Shown: in pieces, positions 27,556 through 37,119 of the stretch
How the letters are laid out: every line of letters begins with the position of its first letter
Numbering within the stretch: position 1 is the stretch's first letter
Source of the DNA: a virus
Taxonomy: Duplodnaviria; Caudoviricetes
Virus record (IMG/VR): IMGVR_UViG_3300025362_000477
Length of the DNA: 64,000 nt
Direction: 5' to 3' (one strand)
Translations under genes and position numbers: made by a program
Notes under the pieces: model-generated
The model's input: only the letters and a program-made list of their open reading frames with translations
The model's database searches: none
Told to the model about the DNA's origin: nothing

Positions 27556-27771
27556 ATGTTTGAAAGTGGAGATAATATGTTAGATCAATTATGGGTTGAA
27601 AAATTTAGACCTAGAACAATTGATGATGTCGTATTGAATGCTGATCAAAAGGAATTTGTTGAAAGGTGTTTAGCGAAGCAGGAAATACCTCACATGGCGT
27701 TTTTTGGACCACCTGGATCCGGGAAATGCCATGCAGGTGATGAAACGATTACAATATATGTAGAAGATTAA
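27556..27771 (+). CDS. Clamp-loader (RFC/gp44-like) N-terminal fragment plus a 14-aa split-intein N-fragment
   Basis: LWVEKFRPRTIDDV...FFGPPGSGK|CHAGDETITIYVED*. Confidence 0.93.
   Translation: MFESGDNMLDQLWVEKFRPRTIDDVVLNADQKEFVERCLAKQEIPHMAFFGPPGSGKCHAGDETITIYVED
27727..27768 (+). other. Ultra-short split intein N-fragment (14 aa)
   Basis: Block A only (C-H-A-G-D-E-T-I), immediately after the Walker A Lys. Confidence 0.88.
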
Positions 27772-27815
27772 AATAATTCCATATCCAGCATGAATAAATA
27801 TAAAGGATTGCTAAT

Positions 27816-29105
27816 ATGAAATGTAAAATTTGTTCAAAAGAATATGCGAAATTATCATCATTCATTCAGCATATTATTAAAGGTCATAATATATTATTTT
27901 ATGATTATTGTTTAGAATATGACGATAGTTTAATTAGATGTCAATATTGTAAAAATATAGTCGATCGTGGATGTTCTTATTCATTCTGTGGTAGTAAACA
28001 TTGTAGATCATTTAAAATGCGATTAAGTAGGTACCCATCAGTTAATGATATTTTTAATATCTATGATCCGCTATATTGGATTTCTTTCTATGATAATGAT
28101 ATCATTAAAACCAATGAAAAATTATCATATTTAAAAAATTTTGATGTGTTTTTGAAATCTGACCAATATTTAAAATTGTTTAAAAGTGAAAATTTAGAAT
28201 GTGATTTCTTTCAATTTATTGATAGAATTAAAGATGGGTTAATAAATATTGAAGATTTAAAAAAATATAAAAATATGAATTCTATTGGACGATATAACGT
28301 TTTGGGTTTTAGTGAAGATGTTTTTAAAATTTTAAACCCGTATTTTACCACTAATAAAGAATCATATATTGATCGACATGGAAAAAATAAATGGGAACAA
28401 TATTCCAGTAAATTAGGTAGTACTCAAGTAATATCTTGTTGGCAAACTAAATACTGGATAAATAAAGGTTATTCATATGAAGATGCAAAAAAATTAATTT
28501 CAAAAAATGCAAGTAGAGATATTAATTATTTTATAAATAAATATGGAAAAGAAAAAGGAAAACAGTCATATCAAAATATGATCGAAAAAAGAAAATTTTC
28601 TTTTAGTTTAGAGGGTTATTGTAAAAAATATGGTTCAGATGGATTTAAAAAATACCATGAATGTATTAAAAAGAAGACTTCATGGGTTCCAAATATACAA
28701 AGTAAAGTATCATTAGATTGTATTTCTGAGTTATATACATTATTACCCAATAATATAAAATGCATATATGAAGAACCAATTGAATTTTACGTGTGTGATT
28801 TTTATTTTCCAGAATTGAAATGCGTTATAGAATTTTATGGTGATTACTGGCATCAAAATCCATTGATATCTAATATCGGAGATCGATATCATATTGAAAA
28901 ATGTCATGATAATCATAAAAGACGATCTGAATGTTTATTGAATTCAGGTCGAGTTGATAAAATTATCATTGTGTGGGAATTAGCATATACTAAATCTAAA
29001 ACTGAATGTTTATTAAATATATTAAAATGTTTTAAATTACACCACAAATATAATGAATTAAATTTTCAAAATGGGAATATATTATATAATAAGGAGTTAA
29101 TATAA
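27816..29105 (+). CDS. Free-standing homing endonuclease-like protein between the clamp-loader halves
   Basis: YWINKGY...YFINKYGKEKG; VIEFYGDYWH; homologous to 783..1853. Confidence 0.8.
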   Translation: MKCKICSKEYAKLSSFIQHIIKGHNILFYDYCLEYDDSLIRCQYCKNIVDRGCSYSFCGSKHCRSFKMRLSRYPSVNDIFNIYDPLYWISFYDNDIIKTNEKLSYLKNFDVFLKSDQYLKLFKSENLECDFFQFIDRIKDGLINIEDLKKYKNMNSIGRYNVLGFSEDVFKILNPYFTTNKESYIDRHGKNKWEQYSSKLGSTQVISCWQTKYWINKGYSYEDAKKLISKNASRDINYFINKYGKEKGKQSYQNMIEKRKFSFSLEGYCKKYGSDGFKKYHECIKKKTSWVPNIQSKVSLDCISELYTLLPNNIKCIYEEPIEFYVCDFYFPELKCVIEFYGDYWHQNPLISNIGDRYHIEKCHDNHKRRSECLLNSGRVDKIIIVWELAYTKSKTECLLNILKCFKLHHKYNELNFQNGNILYNKELI

Positions 29106-29506
29106 TGAAAAAAATAACAATTAATTTTAAAGATTTGTTTGATATCTATTCAATATCAGATAAATCCAATGATGTTCATGAATTATCAAAAAAGATTTTT
29201 GTAAAAGATCCAAGTGGTAAATTGGTACCTGTTAGAGGTATCATTAAAAAAACCGATGTGGATATGTGTAAATTTACAACAGAAAATAATATATCTCGAA
29301 AAATGGCATATGGGCATTTACTAAAATGCACAACTGGTTTTAAACAATTAAAAGATATAGATAATAATGATGATATTTATATTTATAATAATCAATCTAC
29401 GAAGATTAAATCAATAGAACCGTGTAACGATATTGATGTTGCTTATGATATTTCTTTAGATGCACCCCATGAATATGTTACACCTGATAATTTAATTCAT
29501 CATAAT
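29105..29506 (+). other. Long split intein C-fragment (blocks B, F, G)
   Basis: MAYGHLL (variant block B), YDISL..H.Y, HHN, +1 Thr. Confidence 0.88.
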
Positions 29507-30325
29507 ACAACAATAGCCAGAATCATTGTTGATGCATTGATTCAAAATGATTCTGATGTGTTAGTAATGAATGGATCCGATAATACTGGTGTTGAATCTA
29601 TGCGAACAACAGTAGCTGGATTCTTAAAATCACCGCCATATCAGGCTAAATTGAAGATTGTATATATTGATGAATTTGATTACACAACTCAGAATGCTCA
29701 AGCGGTTTTGCGTAATATGATGGAAGCATATTCTTCAACGGGTAGATTTATAATAACCGGCAATTACTGGTCTAAGGTAATGGAACCAATTCAATCTCGA
29801 TTCACATTATATGAGATGAAGACCTTACCAAAGGAATTTGTAATTGAATATGCAAAGAATATTCTTACTAAAGAGAAAGTAGAATTTGATGAACAGTCTG
29901 TTGAATTAATCGTTACTAGTTTATTACCTGATGTGCGAAAAGTTGTAAATACTTTGCAAAAAAATACAATTAATAAGAAACTAAAGAAGATTGATGTAAA
30001 TACTATTATCAGTAATGAAAAGAAAATTAGTGGCTTGTTGGTTCAAATAGGTGAACAGATGGGTAGTGCTTCAGAAAAAGCAACTATTAATAGAAACATA
30101 CCTCAGATAACGGAGTTATTAAATACTGGATCAGAACCAGACTATCTCCATATCTATCAGACATTGTTTTTTCATCCAGAGTTACCAGCATGGGCTAAGA
30201 TTAAAGTAAATGAATATTCAAATAAGCATAATTCATGTGTAAATCCAGTTAGTCATTTCATGGCAATGGTATATGATGTAGTTCAATCTGGTATGACATT
30301 CTTTAATTTATTTGGCAAAAAATAA
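29105..30325 (+). CDS. Split-intein C-fragment (134 aa) fused to the clamp-loader C-terminal part
   Basis: ...AYDISLDAPHEYVTPDNLIHHN|TTIARII...IDEFD...AQAVLRN...IQSRF. Confidence 0.93.
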   Translation: MKKITINFKDLFDIYSISDKSNDVHELSKKIFVKDPSGKLVPVRGIIKKTDVDMCKFTTENNISRKMAYGHLLKCTTGFKQLKDIDNNDDIYIYNNQSTKIKSIEPCNDIDVAYDISLDAPHEYVTPDNLIHHNTTIARIIVDALIQNDSDVLVMNGSDNTGVESMRTTVAGFLKSPPYQAKLKIVYIDEFDYTTQNAQAVLRNMMEAYSSTGRFIITGNYWSKVMEPIQSRFTLYEMKTLPKEFVIEYAKNILTKEKVEFDEQSVELIVTSLLPDVRKVVNTLQKNTINKKLKKIDVNTIISNEKKISGLLVQIGEQMGSASEKATINRNIPQITELLNTGSEPDYLHIYQTLFFHPELPAWAKIKVNEYSNKHNSCVNPVSHFMAMVYDVVQSGMTFFNLFGKK

Positions 30326-30361
30326 AAAGGGGAGAGTGAATTAACACTCATCCCCTTTTTT
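30325..30361. terminator. Bidirectional terminator between convergent genes
   Basis: AAAAGGGGAGAGTG-AATTAA-CACTCATCCCCTTTTTT. Confidence 0.75.
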
Positions 30362-30367
30362 AAAATT

Positions 30368-30844
30368 CTAAGTGTTTATTTTTTTGGCCCATCCTTGGGC
30401 CGTTTTAATCCACCACTTAGAATTTGGAGGGCACCACCGTCTAGCAAAGGACACTAGTCCTTTACCTCGATATCTACTCTTGATAGTGCCCGCAGCCCAT
30501 TCAGCTTGTAGGCGGAGGGATTTTTTGAAATTCCCTGCATACCTCTTCGCTGGATGGTTTTTAGTACCATCACCGACACCAAACTGCATGCCATTAGATG
30601 GGAATGGCTTTCCATTCTTGTCATATCGGGTATGTTTTCCATACTCATTTATTCTAAGCATACCAGAATTTTCCATTCGACGGGTTATGAATAACAACTC
30701 CGTTTCGATTGGAGTTAATTCATACTGTCTCGCTACTTGCGAGATAATATTCACTTCCGATTGTGGGAAGTGGTTTAGATACTTTTCGTGACTTGCTTCA
30801 CATAACAATGTGAAACATATCATTCCGAGGATCATTATTTTCAT
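30368..30844 (-). CDS. Putative secreted lysozyme-like / lytic transglycosylase protein
   Basis: Signal-like N-terminus; helix ending in a catalytic-like Glu (RMENS), QFG, QAEWAAGTI, FARRWCP. Confidence 0.45.
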   Translation of the reverse strand: MKIMILGMICFTLLCEASHEKYLNHFPQSEVNIISQVARQYELTPIETELLFITRRMENSGMLRINEYGKHTRYDKNGKPFPSNGMQFGVGDGTKNHPAKRYAGNFKKSLRLQAEWAAGTIKSRYRGKGLVSFARRWCPPNSKWWIKTAQGWAKKINT

Positions 30845-30904
30845 ACTTTTCCTTTTTAGGGATTAGGGGAATTGGTATCCACTCGGATACCATTCCCATC
30901 TTCA

Positions 30905-31387
30905 CTAACACTCCTGTAAAGTTCCATCCACAATAATGTGGGGTATTGGATACCATACAGAAATATCATTTGACATTACTGGTTTGCCACCGCTGTCATA
31001 GTTAACAGCAAGTGTTATATGGGAAGTGTTGTTAATGGTATGAAAATTACCATATGTCACTTCCGCTTTCACGGCAATGACTTTTCCATCAATCCCACCA
31101 ATATGAGTGACGGCAAATCCGATGTCCGCACCTTTCGATACATGAGACATTGGACCATCACATATGCCGCCCATGTTAACAGTAACATGATGACACATGG
31201 TAGTCCAATCTACTACATCTATTCGATCTAGTATTTCTCTTAATTTCTTAATGGACTTAATGTCCATAACGATCGCAGTATACATAATCAAAATCCTTGA
31301 TATAAGTACTTTCTGAATAGAAAGATTATCCTTATACATGAGTAAATATATATAGTAATTAAAATCCATCTTTATAAAATAGATCAA
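30905..31387 (-). CDS. 2H phosphoesterase-family protein
   Basis: Paired HVT and HIT motifs (HHVTV, SHITLA). Confidence 0.7.
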   Translation of the reverse strand: MIYFIKMDFNYYIYLLMYKDNLSIQKVLISRILIMYTAIVMDIKSIKKLREILDRIDVVDWTTMCHHVTVNMGGICDGPMSHVSKGADIGFAVTHIGGIDGKVIAVKAEVTYGNFHTINNTSHITLAVNYDSGGKPVMSNDISVWYPIPHIIVDGTLQEC

Positions 31388-31468
31388 ATTAATACATATA
31401 TATAGTAATGCTGATTATTAGTCGACTATTTAAACCGATTTAGTATTTTTAAAATAGGAATAAAAAAT

Positions 31469-32452
31469 ATGGACATAGATAAACTCAAACACATTCTTAT
31501 AGAAAATAAAATATACGTTTCTAAAAATTCAAAAAATATCATATGTAAATGCCCGTACTGTGGTGACCATCCAGATCCTAATAAAAAAGGACATTTATAT
31601 GTATCAATAAATTCATCATTGCCGGTTGCTCATTGTTGGTTTTGCAATGGTGCTTGGTCGATTCCTCTTCTTATTAAAGACTTGACTGGTGATAAACTCC
31701 TATATAAAGAAGTTATTAGTGATGAAGAACTTCAAAGTTCATATCAAAAAACTAAACGATATTCTGCTAAAAAACGAACTACTATTTATAAAGTCCCAGA
31801 TATTTCCAAAGATAAATTTTCAGAAAAGAAAATGTATATTCGAAAAAGAACAGGAAATAAAGTGACAGCAGAAGAAGTTCCGAATCTGATTTTAAACCTT
31901 ATAGAATTTATTCATATGAATAATTTAGATATCATTGGGGAAGGGAAATTGATATCTGATTGGGAAGCTGATTTATTACATAGAAACTTTGTTTTCTTTT
32001 TGAGTGCCAATCATTCTTTATTGTACTGTAGAAGTATTGATGATAATGCAAAATTTAAATTTAAGAAGATTCCGTTACAAAGTGACCCATTATTATTACT
32101 GGATTATTGGAAAATTCCTATGTGTGAATACGGAAATACAATAGTCTTATCAGAGGGAAATTTCGATATTTTAAGTGAATATGGATTTGATTCATTAGGA
32201 TTAAAAGATAATGTAAGATTGTTTGCAAGCGGAAATACTTTCTCATATGGCTCTTTAATTAAATCAGTTTGTTATGATGAGAGTATTTATAAGGCAGATG
32301 TGATAATTTTGAGCGATACTGATAAACCTGGTTATTGGTATAAAAAGATGTTGCGAGAGAATAGTCATATAATTAAAAGTTGTAAAATTTACATGAATAA
32401 AAGAGGGAAAGATTTTGGTGTATTTCCACCAATTCCCAGTCAGATTATTTAA
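31469..32452 (+). CDS. DNA primase (gp61-like)
   Basis: CPYCGD...HCWFC Zn finger; TOPRIM SEGNFD and SDTD. Confidence 0.85.
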   Translation: MDIDKLKHILIENKIYVSKNSKNIICKCPYCGDHPDPNKKGHLYVSINSSLPVAHCWFCNGAWSIPLLIKDLTGDKLLYKEVISDEELQSSYQKTKRYSAKKRTTIYKVPDISKDKFSEKKMYIRKRTGNKVTAEEVPNLILNLIEFIHMNNLDIIGEGKLISDWEADLLHRNFVFFLSANHSLLYCRSIDDNAKFKFKKIPLQSDPLLLLDYWKIPMCEYGNTIVLSEGNFDILSEYGFDSLGLKDNVRLFASGNTFSYGSLIKSVCYDESIYKADVIILSDTDKPGYWYKKMLRENSHIIKSCKIYMNKRGKDFGVFPPIPSQII

Positions 32453-32520
32453 AAAGATACCGTTGGTTACTTCTAGAATAAATTAAAACTACAAATTATA
32501 ATTATTTTGGAGGTCTAAAA

Positions 32521-32874
32521 ATGGCAATCTCACAACTTAAAGCAGTGATTCGATTATATCAAGAGGTTATCTCAAATGGTATCACCGTAGATGAGAATCA
32601 ATCAATTGATGAAATTACTACGTCCTGTGAGAAAAAAGGCCAATTTATTTTCAGAGGTGATTCTTATTGGAGTTTCGTTCAAACTAAAAAGGATGGAAAA
32701 AAATGTATTAGAATGATTTTCGCTCTGAAAGAAAATGCAGGAGGTAAGGTTCAAAATATTGATCGGATTATAGAATTGATGGATAATATTGAACATATTT
32801 TAATTTTTATAGATCATGTAAAAATCATTAAAAAGGGTGGTTTTATTTATCTTGATGCTATTAAATTCATATAA
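32521..32874 (+). CDS. Hypothetical protein
   Basis: GGAGG SD; promoter-like motif upstream. Confidence 0.6.
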   Translation: MAISQLKAVIRLYQEVISNGITVDENQSIDEITTSCEKKGQFIFRGDSYWSFVQTKKDGKKCIRMIFALKENAGGKVQNIDRIIELMDNIEHILIFIDHVKIIKKGGFIYLDAIKFI

Positions 32875-32894
32875 TAAAAAAGGAAAAAATAACT

Positions 32895-33668
32895 ATGTCA
32901 ACTGAAACTGATTACCAACTCACTATAAGTCGTGATGACTTTTCAAAATTTTTAACTCTTTTGAAAGTTTTTGAAAATTATTGTAGTGATTGTGATATCC
33001 AAAATGGAATGATAAGATGTAGGATTAATGATCGTCAAGCTATCATATCAATGAATCTAGTCTCTATTCTTGAAAATAATTCAATGCAATGGAGTTTGAT
33101 GAAGAATAAAATCGGTCTATTGAAAGCATTTGAATTGGATGATAATGTACAAATGGAAGATAAAACTATTAATATCCATTGTAATGAAAGTAACTATGAA
33201 TTCATTGATCCACTTTCAAAAATCATATTCCGTAAGCCGGTTCAGAAATATATTGATAATAAATTTATTATTGATTCAGAATTTAATGGGATGATTAGCT
33301 GTCAAGAAGAGAATCTATTGTTCTCTTATGATATTAATAACTATCTCAAAAAGAGAATGTCTAATGTTGTTCAGGGTTTCCAGAGCGATATTTTGAAATG
33401 TAAAATCATTGAGAATAATGGTAATCTAACGGCAGAAACTAGAAATCATGAAGATTCTTGTAATTTTGCTAGTAATATTATTCTCAATCGTGAAGTTGCA
33501 GACTGTGAATTTAAAATGATTGCTATGCCATTTCTATTGGATGTTGCATCTGATATGAAATTGAGTGTATACCAGGTATCTAATGATGTATTCCTGTGTC
33601 GCTTTGATCAGTCATTTTATGGAGTTCCTATTAATATTTATACACAGGTGAAAGTGACTTCTCTGTAA
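32895..33668 (+). CDS. Putative sliding clamp (gp45/PCNA-like)
   Basis: Size 257 aa, alternating beta pattern, context of clamp loader, polymerase, primase and helicase. Confidence 0.6.
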   Translation: MSTETDYQLTISRDDFSKFLTLLKVFENYCSDCDIQNGMIRCRINDRQAIISMNLVSILENNSMQWSLMKNKIGLLKAFELDDNVQMEDKTINIHCNESNYEFIDPLSKIIFRKPVQKYIDNKFIIDSEFNGMISCQEENLLFSYDINNYLKKRMSNVVQGFQSDILKCKIIENNGNLTAETRNHEDSCNFASNIILNREVADCEFKMIAMPFLLDVASDMKLSVYQVSNDVFLCRFDQSFYGVPINIYTQVKVTSL

Positions 33669-33704
33669 ATGGAACTATATATCAATAATTAAGGAGATAA
33701 TAAA

Positions 33705-35123
33705 ATGAATATTGATAATACATGGAATTCTGGTCCTGGCAGATACATGGTAGCAGGCGCTGATTGCATGGTATCATTACTAGGTAATTTCATTGATAAG
33801 CATAGTGATGGTGAATTCTTTAAAGACCCAGAAGTAGCCAATTTTCTAGAAAATTCTATAGATAAATACCTCTATAGTTTTGGTACTGGTTTATCATATA
33901 AGACTCGAAAGATGTCAAAGAAGCATTCTGAAAAGATTGCTAGGGAAGTTAGAAAAATATCTTCTCGTCCATTTATGAAGAATACTAAACTTTATATTGA
34001 TAGTGGTGGATTTCAGGTGGCTATGGGAGCTGTTGAAACAAAGGATATGCCTAAATTTATTGAAACATATCATAAATTCATTACTGAAAATCATGAATCT
34101 TTTAGTTATGCTTTTAGTTTGGATTTACCACCTGGACCATCAAGTGCGTCTCAGATATTTGATTCTTATCAGCAAATTGAAGATTTGAATCGTTTATCAT
34201 ATCGGACTAGTGCTAATCTGCCACAAAATATTAAAGATAAAATGATTTATATTCATCATTTCAGAACTCCATCTCTATATGATACATGGTCAAAATTTCT
34301 ATGGGAAGAGGGGATGGCTGATGGTTTTAAGAATTTCGCAACTGGTGGTTTGGTAGCAAATCTCGCAACAGATATGACTATACCTGTTATTATTTATAGT
34401 ATCCCCCTTTCGGAGATTCTGAAATATGCAATGAGTAGAGGCATGAAAGAATTTAATTTTCATGTCTTGGGTGGGGCTAATTTTATTGATGTGTTTTATC
34501 ATAAGCTTTTTTCTTATCATATTAAACGTGTTCATGACGTAAAAGTCAACATTACCTATGACTCAAGTGCCATCTTTAAAGCACTTGCAGTAGGGCGTTT
34601 CGTACCAGTATTCAAGCGTGATGGTACTTTAGTTAAGATGGATCTTAGAAGTAATAATCTGCATCTGAGATTTGATGGGATGGATACTGTTAATGATACT
34701 GTTTATAAATTATTAAATGATATTGCTGATCATTATAATTTCAAAAGATTAAATCCAGAAGATCATCCAATATATAATTCTGAGACTGGAACATTAACTA
34801 GATCAGTTCATATGTATTTAATATGTTATATGCTTCGAATTTATAGACATTTAGAATTAATATCAGAAGATTTTATTGATGGAGTTTATCCTTTATATGA
34901 ACAAGGTAAGATTCAAGATTTTGATAATAAGTGTTATCAATTAGCTCAAAAATTTAATCAGGGAAAAAATACTAAAAAACAAAAAGCTAAAATTTCTAGC
35001 ATCTATCGGTCATTAGGTATTTTAACTGATCTTGATAGGGATTATAATAAATTTCTTATTCATAAGTTTATGTCTAATGATGATATTTCAATTATGGCTG
35101 ATGGCGGAAACCCCAAATTTTAG
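33705..35123 (+). CDS. tRNA-guanine transglycosylase-fold protein (TGT/DpdA-like)
   Basis: IDSGGFQ, SLDLPP, ATGGL, FHVLG, YDSS match TGT motifs in order. Confidence 0.75.
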   Translation: MNIDNTWNSGPGRYMVAGADCMVSLLGNFIDKHSDGEFFKDPEVANFLENSIDKYLYSFGTGLSYKTRKMSKKHSEKIAREVRKISSRPFMKNTKLYIDSGGFQVAMGAVETKDMPKFIETYHKFITENHESFSYAFSLDLPPGPSSASQIFDSYQQIEDLNRLSYRTSANLPQNIKDKMIYIHHFRTPSLYDTWSKFLWEEGMADGFKNFATGGLVANLATDMTIPVIIYSIPLSEILKYAMSRGMKEFNFHVLGGANFIDVFYHKLFSYHIKRVHDVKVNITYDSSAIFKALAVGRFVPVFKRDGTLVKMDLRSNNLHLRFDGMDTVNDTVYKLLNDIADHYNFKRLNPEDHPIYNSETGTLTRSVHMYLICYMLRIYRHLELISEDFIDGVYPLYEQGKIQDFDNKCYQLAQKFNQGKNTKKQKAKISSIYRSLGILTDLDRDYNKFLIHKFMSNDDISIMADGGNPKF

Positions 35124-35135
35124 GAGAAATATATT

Positions 35136-35546
35136 ATGGAATTACTTAAACTTGATTGGAATAATTATCATAGATACATATATAAATTATCTGAAAAAAT
35201 TAAAAATGTTGATGATGATACATTACTTTATAAATATATAGCTGGTCTTGAATCTGATGACATGTTTGTTGCTGTTCATTTGAGCCATATATTAAATATA
35301 CCAGTAGTTACTGATATAAATTTATTATCATTATTAACAAATTTTACCGATAGTGCCGACCAGGTACTTGTCGTTTCTAACATTGTAGAAACTGGTTTGA
35401 AGTTTGAATCAATTGCAGATCTAATTGGATCTAAATTTGATACAGCTGTAATTTTTAAAGATAAGAACTCAAAATATAAACCTACATATTATGTGAAAAC
35501 ACCAAAAAATCACATTTATTTTCCATGGGAAAAGTGTGGTTTATAA
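35136..35546 (+). CDS. Degenerate type I phosphoribosyltransferase-like protein
   Basis: VLVVSNIVETG (cf. DDIxDTG); WIxFPWE-like C-terminus HIYFPWE. Confidence 0.6.
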   Translation: MELLKLDWNNYHRYIYKLSEKIKNVDDDTLLYKYIAGLESDDMFVAVHLSHILNIPVVTDINLLSLLTNFTDSADQVLVVSNIVETGLKFESIADLIGSKFDTAVIFKDKNSKYKPTYYVKTPKNHIYFPWEKCGL

Positions 35547-35562
35547 AAAGAGGGAAAAATGA

Positions 35563-37023
35563 ATGTTAACTGAACATTTTATTAATCTATGTTGTACTGT
35601 ATTACTTAGTGAACATTCCAAGTTTAATGATATTGTCAGGATAGATATTGCATCTATCTTGGCATCTCATGAAGACGAGGATGTTCCATTAGGATTTAGA
35701 AAGAAATTTACTTTAGCAAAATCTATTCTTCGACTCAGAATGGAACAGAAATCTAAGGAACAAGCATTAGATAATTTAGTTACAAGTAAACATTTTGATG
35801 AATTGAGTTCATTTCTTAAAATGCTTGCATTAAGAGATATACCTGAAGAAAAAGTTGATTCAGCTATAAGTCAGATATGTGATAAAAAACAATTAGTTAA
35901 ATTACAGATGGATCTTCCTGCATTAGAAGAATTTGTAACTAAGTTCAATACTAATTCATTTACTGATTCGAGTGAGACTCTCACATATTGGAATGAATTA
36001 ATATCAAAATTACATAGTAGTGTACTAGAAGAAAAAAGAAAAGAATCTAGAAATAATATCAAAGAACTTGATCTGTTTGGTGATGATTATTCTAACGTTT
36101 TAAATCAAATCGAAATTAGTTATTCTGGGCAAAACTCAGTATCAACTGGATATTCTGAACTTGATACTTATTTGAATGGTGGATTTGAACCTACTAGATT
36201 GTATATATTTGGTGGTTGTAGTGGTGATGGTAAATCAGTTCTTTTAAATAATTTTACTAGAAATGCTGTTGAGCATAATAAAGATAAAACTGGCCCAATG
36301 AGTATGTTTATATCTTTTACAATGGAAAATTTAATTGATGAATCATTAGTTCGATTATATTGTTCTGTTGAAAATAAAGATGTAAAAGAAATGATCGAAA
36401 ATTTCAGTCATGAACGAACTATTATAGAACGAACTTTGAAGACATGGCAGATGGATAATAATGCTATGATATGTAGTGCTTATTTTGCACCTACTTTAAC
36501 ATCTGTTAGTGATTTAGTTTCATATTGTGATATTATGAAAGCAAGATATAAGGGTCGAGCTATTCTTAAAGGTACATATATTGATTATTTAGATCTATTG
36601 CGAGCTGGTTCTGTTTTTGATTTACATAGATTAGAGATGGGTCAAATTACAATTGATATGAAAGTTGCTGCTGTACAGCTAGGAATCCCTGTAGTTACTG
36701 TCACTCAACTTAATCGTGGCGCATATGATCCTAAAGAGAATCTTAGTTTAGCCAATATGAGTGAATCGATTAAAAAAGTAGAACATTCAGATTTTGTGGG
36801 AATATTAAAGAGTATTCAAAATGAAATCGAAGAGGGTGAAGATATCCGAGTAGTACAAGAATATGGCGATTTAAAAATTATCATTGGGAAAAATAGAAGT
36901 GGTCCAAAAAATAAAACTATCAACTTAAAAACTATGTTCTCACATTTTAGAATCGATGATATTGCTAGGGAAGTTTCTGTCCCATTCGTAAATAGAAATA
37001 TAATCGAGGGGGCCGTTATTTAA
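35563..37023 (+). CDS. Replicative DNA helicase (DnaB/gp41-like)
   Basis: GCSGDGKS Walker A, IDYLDLL, TVTQLNR, KNRSGP. Confidence 0.92.
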   Translation: MLTEHFINLCCTVLLSEHSKFNDIVRIDIASILASHEDEDVPLGFRKKFTLAKSILRLRMEQKSKEQALDNLVTSKHFDELSSFLKMLALRDIPEEKVDSAISQICDKKQLVKLQMDLPALEEFVTKFNTNSFTDSSETLTYWNELISKLHSSVLEEKRKESRNNIKELDLFGDDYSNVLNQIEISYSGQNSVSTGYSELDTYLNGGFEPTRLYIFGGCSGDGKSVLLNNFTRNAVEHNKDKTGPMSMFISFTMENLIDESLVRLYCSVENKDVKEMIENFSHERTIIERTLKTWQMDNNAMICSAYFAPTLTSVSDLVSYCDIMKARYKGRAILKGTYIDYLDLLRAGSVFDLHRLEMGQITIDMKVAAVQLGIPVVTVTQLNRGAYDPKENLSLANMSESIKKVEHSDFVGILKSIQNEIEEGEDIRVVQEYGDLKIIIGKNRSGPKNKTINLKTMFSHFRIDDIAREVSVPFVNRNIIEGAVI

Positions 37024-37119
37024 TGATATTTATTTTATAACGAATAAACTAAAAGTTTAAGAGGGTGTGATACTTTTTCCCACTCAAAAGTTAAATCATA
37101 CAATGGAGAAAATTGTACT

